From: a virus
Direction: 5' to 3' (one strand)
IMG/VR virus record: IMGVR_UViG_3300042387_000230
Location: 3,248 to 67,247 of that record
DNA: 64,000 nucleotides
Position 1 is the first letter of the stretch. Each line of letters begins with the position of its first letter. The position numbers were made by a program, and so were the translations under genes. Positions 60,267-64,000 of this stretch are shown here, one piece after another. Under the pieces are notes generated by a model, which did not search any database, was not told where the DNA came from, and worked only from the letters and a program-made list of their open reading frames with translations.

Positions 60267-61988
60267 TTATACTAGGTTTTGTGCGTCTGTAGTTGGTTCT
60301 GCAAGCTGAACTGGAGCGGCATCAACTGCTGCTGGCTCTGCTGTCTCTGGTGCTTCTGCTGGAGCGGCCTCTGGAGGGGCTGGAGGGCCCCCTAGAGCCT
60401 GTGCAACGTCTCCTGGAATCGGAGCTACGCTCGAAGCCTGTTGAGCCGCCCTGGCGGCTGCCATGACCTCTGGCGCAACTGCGGCAAGCATAGCCTCGGT
60501 AAGCTCTGGAGTGATGGCACCCTTCTCAAGTAGCAAACGTAGTCCAAGCTCTGTCGGGGACGGTGCATCTGAGTCCGAGAAGCCGTGAGCGTTTCTCCAG
60601 GTGTCGTATGAAATCGCCATCTTGTCGAAACCAGAGTCAGCATCAGCTGCACGGTCGTTACGAGTCGATACTGCTGATGGGTCATACCAAATAACAAGAC
60701 GGTCAACGTCTGCATCTGAGTAGCCGTTAGCCTTTAGGTAAGGGCGCAGGTAAACAACAGTAAGGGCGTCGACAATAAGAAGCATCAGAGGCTCGATGTG
60801 CGCCTTGTAGAGGGCTTCATCAATCTGAAGTGCGTTTGAGTACTTGACGTTTGCTAGACCCGTGATAACGTCCTTAGGGACGTCGAGACCTTGAAGAATA
60901 CGCTCTAGTACGCGGTCGCTACGCTCTGCAAGTGCAGGGTCGAATGAACGCTCAAACTTGAACTGCTTAATCTTGTCACCAAGTTCTGCGGGCCCTCTGA
61001 TTATCAGAGGGACCACTGCCGAGGCGGAGTCTTCGTCGCGAATCGGGGTAGTCATCGCGTCGATGAGCTGGTCCTCAAACTCGTCTGCAGACTCTTCCGG
61101 AGTTGGCTCGGCGTATAGGCCGTCCTGGTCATCGTAAGGGTAGTTAGGGTCTGGAGTCGCCGCAACTGAAAGACCGTCCGGCAAGTAGAGAGCACCAGCG
61201 TTGAGGCGTGAACGGGCGGTAGCACGGAAGGTGCGGTTTAGGAGTAGAAGCTCGGCACACATGTCTAGAAGACCGCGTAGGCTTGAGTCTGCCTCGTCTG
61301 AGTAGCGAGGGTGTGCACGCCAGATACGTCCAACAAATGCATTCTTAGGAAGCATAGTGACGTTCTTACGTGCGGCTGCGTTTCCAACAGAGCCTGTGTT
61401 GTATTCACGACGTCCGGCAATAGCGTAGTTACCCTTGCCGTCGATAGAAAGTTCGTCAACAGAGCGGATGTCCCAGCTCTCTTCAACTCCGTGGCCAACG
61501 CGTGCTGGCATCTGAACTAGGTAGCATTCGCCGGTGACTGAAAGGTTTAGAGCCGCGTCGCGTAGAAGACCAGCCTGGCCTCCGTATGCGCTGTCTAGAC
61601 GTGCAAGTGCACGCTCTGCGGCGGCTGCAAGTTTAGGGTCGATGTTTGGAGAGCTAGCTGCTGGCTTTGGAGTTTCTGATGGGTCCTCAACTACGGCAGC
61701 GTAGAGACGGATACGAGAAACAACTGAGCCAACTAAGTTGAAAGCATATTTGATTTCACCAATGGCGTCGTAGTACTCCCACGCCTCGGCTTGCCAGCTA
61801 GAAGATTGTGAAACACGTCGATTGCGGAATTGTTCCGCTTCGCCTTTATCGTTAAGGCGCATCTGGGCTGCCGCTGCAGTAAGCGGGCGAATAGCTGTGT
61901 ATACCTCAGCGCGGGCAGCTCCCTGTGGGCTGAGAAAAACTGATGTGGATGGCAATGGGCCATCCTGGCTGCGACTAAAAACGGCCAA
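60267..61988 (-). CDS. Portal protein
   Basis: WQAEAWEYYDAIGEIKYA, NLSVTGECYL, RIWRAHP and SAVVPLII motifs typical of actinophage portals; 573 aa at the start of the head module. Confidence 0.85.
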   Translation of the reverse strand: MAVFSRSQDGPLPSTSVFLSPQGAARAEVYTAIRPLTAAAAQMRLNDKGEAEQFRNRRVSQSSSWQAEAWEYYDAIGEIKYAFNLVGSVVSRIRLYAAVVEDPSETPKPAASSPNIDPKLAAAAERALARLDSAYGGQAGLLRDAALNLSVTGECYLVQMPARVGHGVEESWDIRSVDELSIDGKGNYAIAGRREYNTGSVGNAAARKNVTMLPKNAFVGRIWRAHPRYSDEADSSLRGLLDMCAELLLLNRTFRATARSRLNAGALYLPDGLSVAATPDPNYPYDDQDGLYAEPTPEESADEFEDQLIDAMTTPIRDEDSASAVVPLIIRGPAELGDKIKQFKFERSFDPALAERSDRVLERILQGLDVPKDVITGLANVKYSNALQIDEALYKAHIEPLMLLIVDALTVVYLRPYLKANGYSDADVDRLVIWYDPSAVSTRNDRAADADSGFDKMAISYDTWRNAHGFSDSDAPSPTELGLRLLLEKGAITPELTEAMLAAVAPEVMAAARAAQQASSVAPIPGDVAQALGGPPAPPEAAPAEAPETAEPAAVDAAPVQLAEPTTDAQNLV

Positions 61989-62019
61989 AATTTACTCCTG
62001 TCATTTATAACGGAACGTT

Positions 62020-62313
62020 CTAATTATCAAGACGTGCGGTTATTAGTCCTGCAACTGCCGAGAGGGCTAACGGTAACGCGAACACTACCGTTATTGCACT
62101 TCCTATTGTATAGCAGATTGTGATAAGTGATGCGAACCAAATACTCATGCACCAATTGCAGGTGAATAAATATCCGAATTGTGTTGATGGTGGAAACTTT
62201 TTCCAGATACGGTCTCTAAGTGGCTCGAAGATAACATCGGTGGTGAATAAACGTGCAAGTCTGAACGTCGCTAAGGACAGAATCAGAAGGTGAATGAGAG
62301 TTGGTTCTGGCAT
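62020..62313 (-). CDS. DUF1360-like membrane protein
   Basis: LATFRLARLFTTDVIFEPLR and LFTCNWCMSIW motifs; hydrophobic helices. Confidence 0.75.
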   Translation of the reverse strand: MPEPTLIHLLILSLATFRLARLFTTDVIFEPLRDRIWKKFPPSTQFGYLFTCNWCMSIWFASLITICYTIGSAITVVFALPLALSAVAGLITARLDN

Positions 62314-62316
62314 GAT

Positions 62317-62670
62317 CTACTTTCTTGAGTACATGGTTTTGTATGGATTCCAGCTTCTCAATCGCGAGCCACAACCGCAGGATTCGGCTTTCTTGAAAAC
62401 AAGGCGTTTACCTGAGACGGTGGTTACGGTTGATTCTTGGTCTTGCTTGGGAGCGATGTTTAAAGTTTCTGGGTCGTACTCCTCGTTAAAGATTATCTGA
62501 GCACCGGTCGGTGTGTCAACAGCAACCATGATGTTTGTTGTGGTGATGATGGTTCGGGTCTCAGAGACGTAAGGGTAGTCTTTACCCGAAGACTCGGCAC
62601 GCATCGGGCCTGTGTAGGTTGGGGGAGCAACGGATAGGTGTGCTGGGAAGATGTCGTGGATGATTTTCAT
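62317..62670 (-). CDS. Hypothetical protein with C-terminal CGCGSRL motif
   Basis: 117-aa ORF tightly packed in the operon. Confidence 0.7.
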   Translation of the reverse strand: MKIIHDIFPAHLSVAPPTYTGPMRAESSGKDYPYVSETRTIITTTNIMVAVDTPTGAQIIFNEEYDPETLNIAPKQDQESTVTTVSGKRLVFKKAESCGCGSRLRSWNPYKTMYSRK

Positions 62671-62672
62671 GA

Positions 62673-63188
62673 TTACCTGAGTACTCCTTGATTGATGAGA
62701 CGTTTGTAGATGGCTCTGTGGGTTACCTGGGCTGCTCGGGCTATGTCAGCAATACTGACGTCGGCGTTGTAGAGTTCGAGGGTTAGTTGAGATAGCTCCT
62801 CGTTGCACTGGGCTGGAAGTGAGCCAGGGGACATACGGGCACGGTAGTGGCGGGCATGGCTGGCTAGGTATTGTAGACGTTCGGCTTCAGACGGGGAAAC
62901 GCCGGGGGAACGAGGGGTTAGACGTTGGTATCCCTCAGGGTGAGTGTCGTAGTTGGGAGTGGGGACTGGGGGAAGGGGGGTAATGAGTTCGTGGTGACGT
63001 GAACGTTCTACCCAAGCCTTGATTGTGGTGCGTGAACGTTTGGGGGTGAGAACCTCTCCGATTGAACGTAGGGTCCAGCCTTGGTCGAAAAGGAGCTGAA
63101 CTCGTTTGTGAAGGACGTCGCCGTGAAGAGATTGGAGGTATTCAATCTCTGAAGGAGGAATGAACTTGTTACGAGCTGATCTACGCAT
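62673..63188 (-). CDS. Helix-turn-helix DNA-binding protein (two HTH-like segments)
   Basis: GWTLRSIGEVL...SRTTIKAW and VSIADIARAAQVTHRAIYKRL. Confidence 0.72.
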   Translation of the reverse strand: MRRSARNKFIPPSEIEYLQSLHGDVLHKRVQLLFDQGWTLRSIGEVLTPKRSRTTIKAWVERSRHHELITPLPPVPTPNYDTHPEGYQRLTPRSPGVSPSEAERLQYLASHARHYRARMSPGSLPAQCNEELSQLTLELYNADVSIADIARAAQVTHRAIYKRLINQGVLR

Positions 63189-63415
63189 GGGTCTATAGTA
63201 TCATACTTTGGCTGCAATGTTTCGTACTGTATTTAAGAATGATACCTTAACTTTTTTTGGTTTTGGCCTGCGAGACGGTTGTTGTTGTTTTTTGGGGCTG
63301 CCAAAATCGTTTCCGCCGTTATCAAGTTGTTATATTTATTTTGGCGTTTTGGGGTTGCGAAACAATTTTTTAGGGTATCCTGATTACATCAGGCGAGCAA
63401 AGGGCGAGCCTAAAA

Positions 63416-63733
63416 ATGAAGGGGTTCAAAGTGTTTCAAAAAATCGAATTGACAGCGCAACAGGCAGAAATTACCCGCCTAGTATCTAAGCAGGTAGCAA
63501 AAATCACTGGCAAAAACATCAAGCGTCTAGATGGCTTTATGAGATGTGTTATTCACGAAATAGCCACTGATACTAATGCCTATGAATTCGCCTATGAGAT
63601 TATGGCGCAGGTTGCTATCAAGCGTTATGAAAAAATGGTGCGAGATGAAGAGGAATTTGCTAGGGGCTTTACAACTAGCATTAGCAACTACTGGAAACAG
63701 CAACTAGCGAAAGCAGACCTGCCTGAATTTTAG
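63416..63733 (+). CDS. Hypothetical protein (only credible plus-strand gene)
   Basis: 105-aa helical ORF divergent from the structural operon and followed by a strong hairpin. Confidence 0.65.
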   Translation: MKGFKVFQKIELTAQQAEITRLVSKQVAKITGKNIKRLDGFMRCVIHEIATDTNAYEFAYEIMAQVAIKRYEKMVRDEEEFARGFTTSISNYWKQQLAKADLPEF

Positions 63734-63741
63734 GCAACACC

Positions 63742-63780
63742 GCATAAGCCCTAGCCATTTGGCTAGGGCTTATGCTTTAC
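63742..63780 (+). terminator. Intrinsic terminator
   Basis: Perfect 15-bp stem GCATAAGCCCTAGCC-ATTT-GGCTAGGGCTTATGC followed by TTT. Confidence 0.8.
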
Positions 63781-64000
63781 CCTGCCAAGCCCAAGCCCTG
63801 CCAAGCCCGATCAGATCAAGCCAAGCCAAGCCCAAGCCAAGCCCAAGCCCAAGCCCAAGCCCTGCCCAAGCCAAGCCCGTAAGCCAAGCCCGTAAGCCCA
63901 AGCCAAGCCCAAGCCCAAGCCAAGCCCGTAAGCCCAAGCCCGTAAGCCCAAGCCCTGCCCTGCCCCCAGCCCCGCCCCGCCCCGGCCCCCAGCCACCCCC
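63781..64000. repeat. Degenerate tandem (C)CAAGC repeat tract
   Basis: Many CCAAGC/CAAGC units interspersed with CCGTAAG and CCTG variants, running to the window edge. Confidence 0.85.

Noticed and set aside
63208-63489. 93-aa plus-strand ORF
   Set aside because: It spans a T-rich divergent promoter region, has a biased composition and overlaps the better ORF at 63416.
63811-63996. 61-aa GL-repeat ORF on the minus strand
   Set aside because: A simple translation of the low-complexity repeat, with no RBS or other coding evidence visible.
63781-64000. Possible CRISPR array
   Set aside because: Units are 5-8 bp tandem repeats without unique spacers, and there is no cas operon. The exonuclease at 1-435 is a standard phage PD-(D/E)XK enzyme.

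Overview
This 64 kb window is a contiguous segment of a tailed dsDNA phage genome with siphovirus-like gene order, and nearly every gene lies on the minus strand. The host is inferred, not shown, to be a moderate-GC actinobacterium. In transcription order (right to left) it carries: HTH protein, hypothetical, DUF1360-like membrane protein, portal, a Dps-ferritin/Cys-domain fusion (733 aa), a 3282-aa giant protein, three small ORFs, a 4577-aa giant protein, a 1551-aa multi-domain maturation protease, major capsid, a second capsid protein, major tail, head-tail connectors, tail chaperones with a probable -1 frameshift, tape measure, Dit and three tail/adhesin proteins. These are followed by family A DNA polymerase, a RuvC-like resolvase, an SNF2 helicase and a truncated PD-(D/E)XK exonuclease. 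The most striking signal is about 24 kb between portal and protease encoding two giant 'polyvalent' proteins with DEDDh exonucleases, UvrD- and PIF1-type helicases, zincins, ArdC, an ADP-ribosyltransferase, ParB and GNAT domains. A recurring [FLA]-M-x-F motif sits just ahead of most enzymatic modules. Both proteins also share an RDxxG[RQ]F leader with the protease. A second motif, [VLI]-x-A/[ASG], punctuates the head proteins. Together these suggest a capsid-packaged, protease-processed polyprotein payload. All domain calls come from reading motifs by eye; no searches were run.
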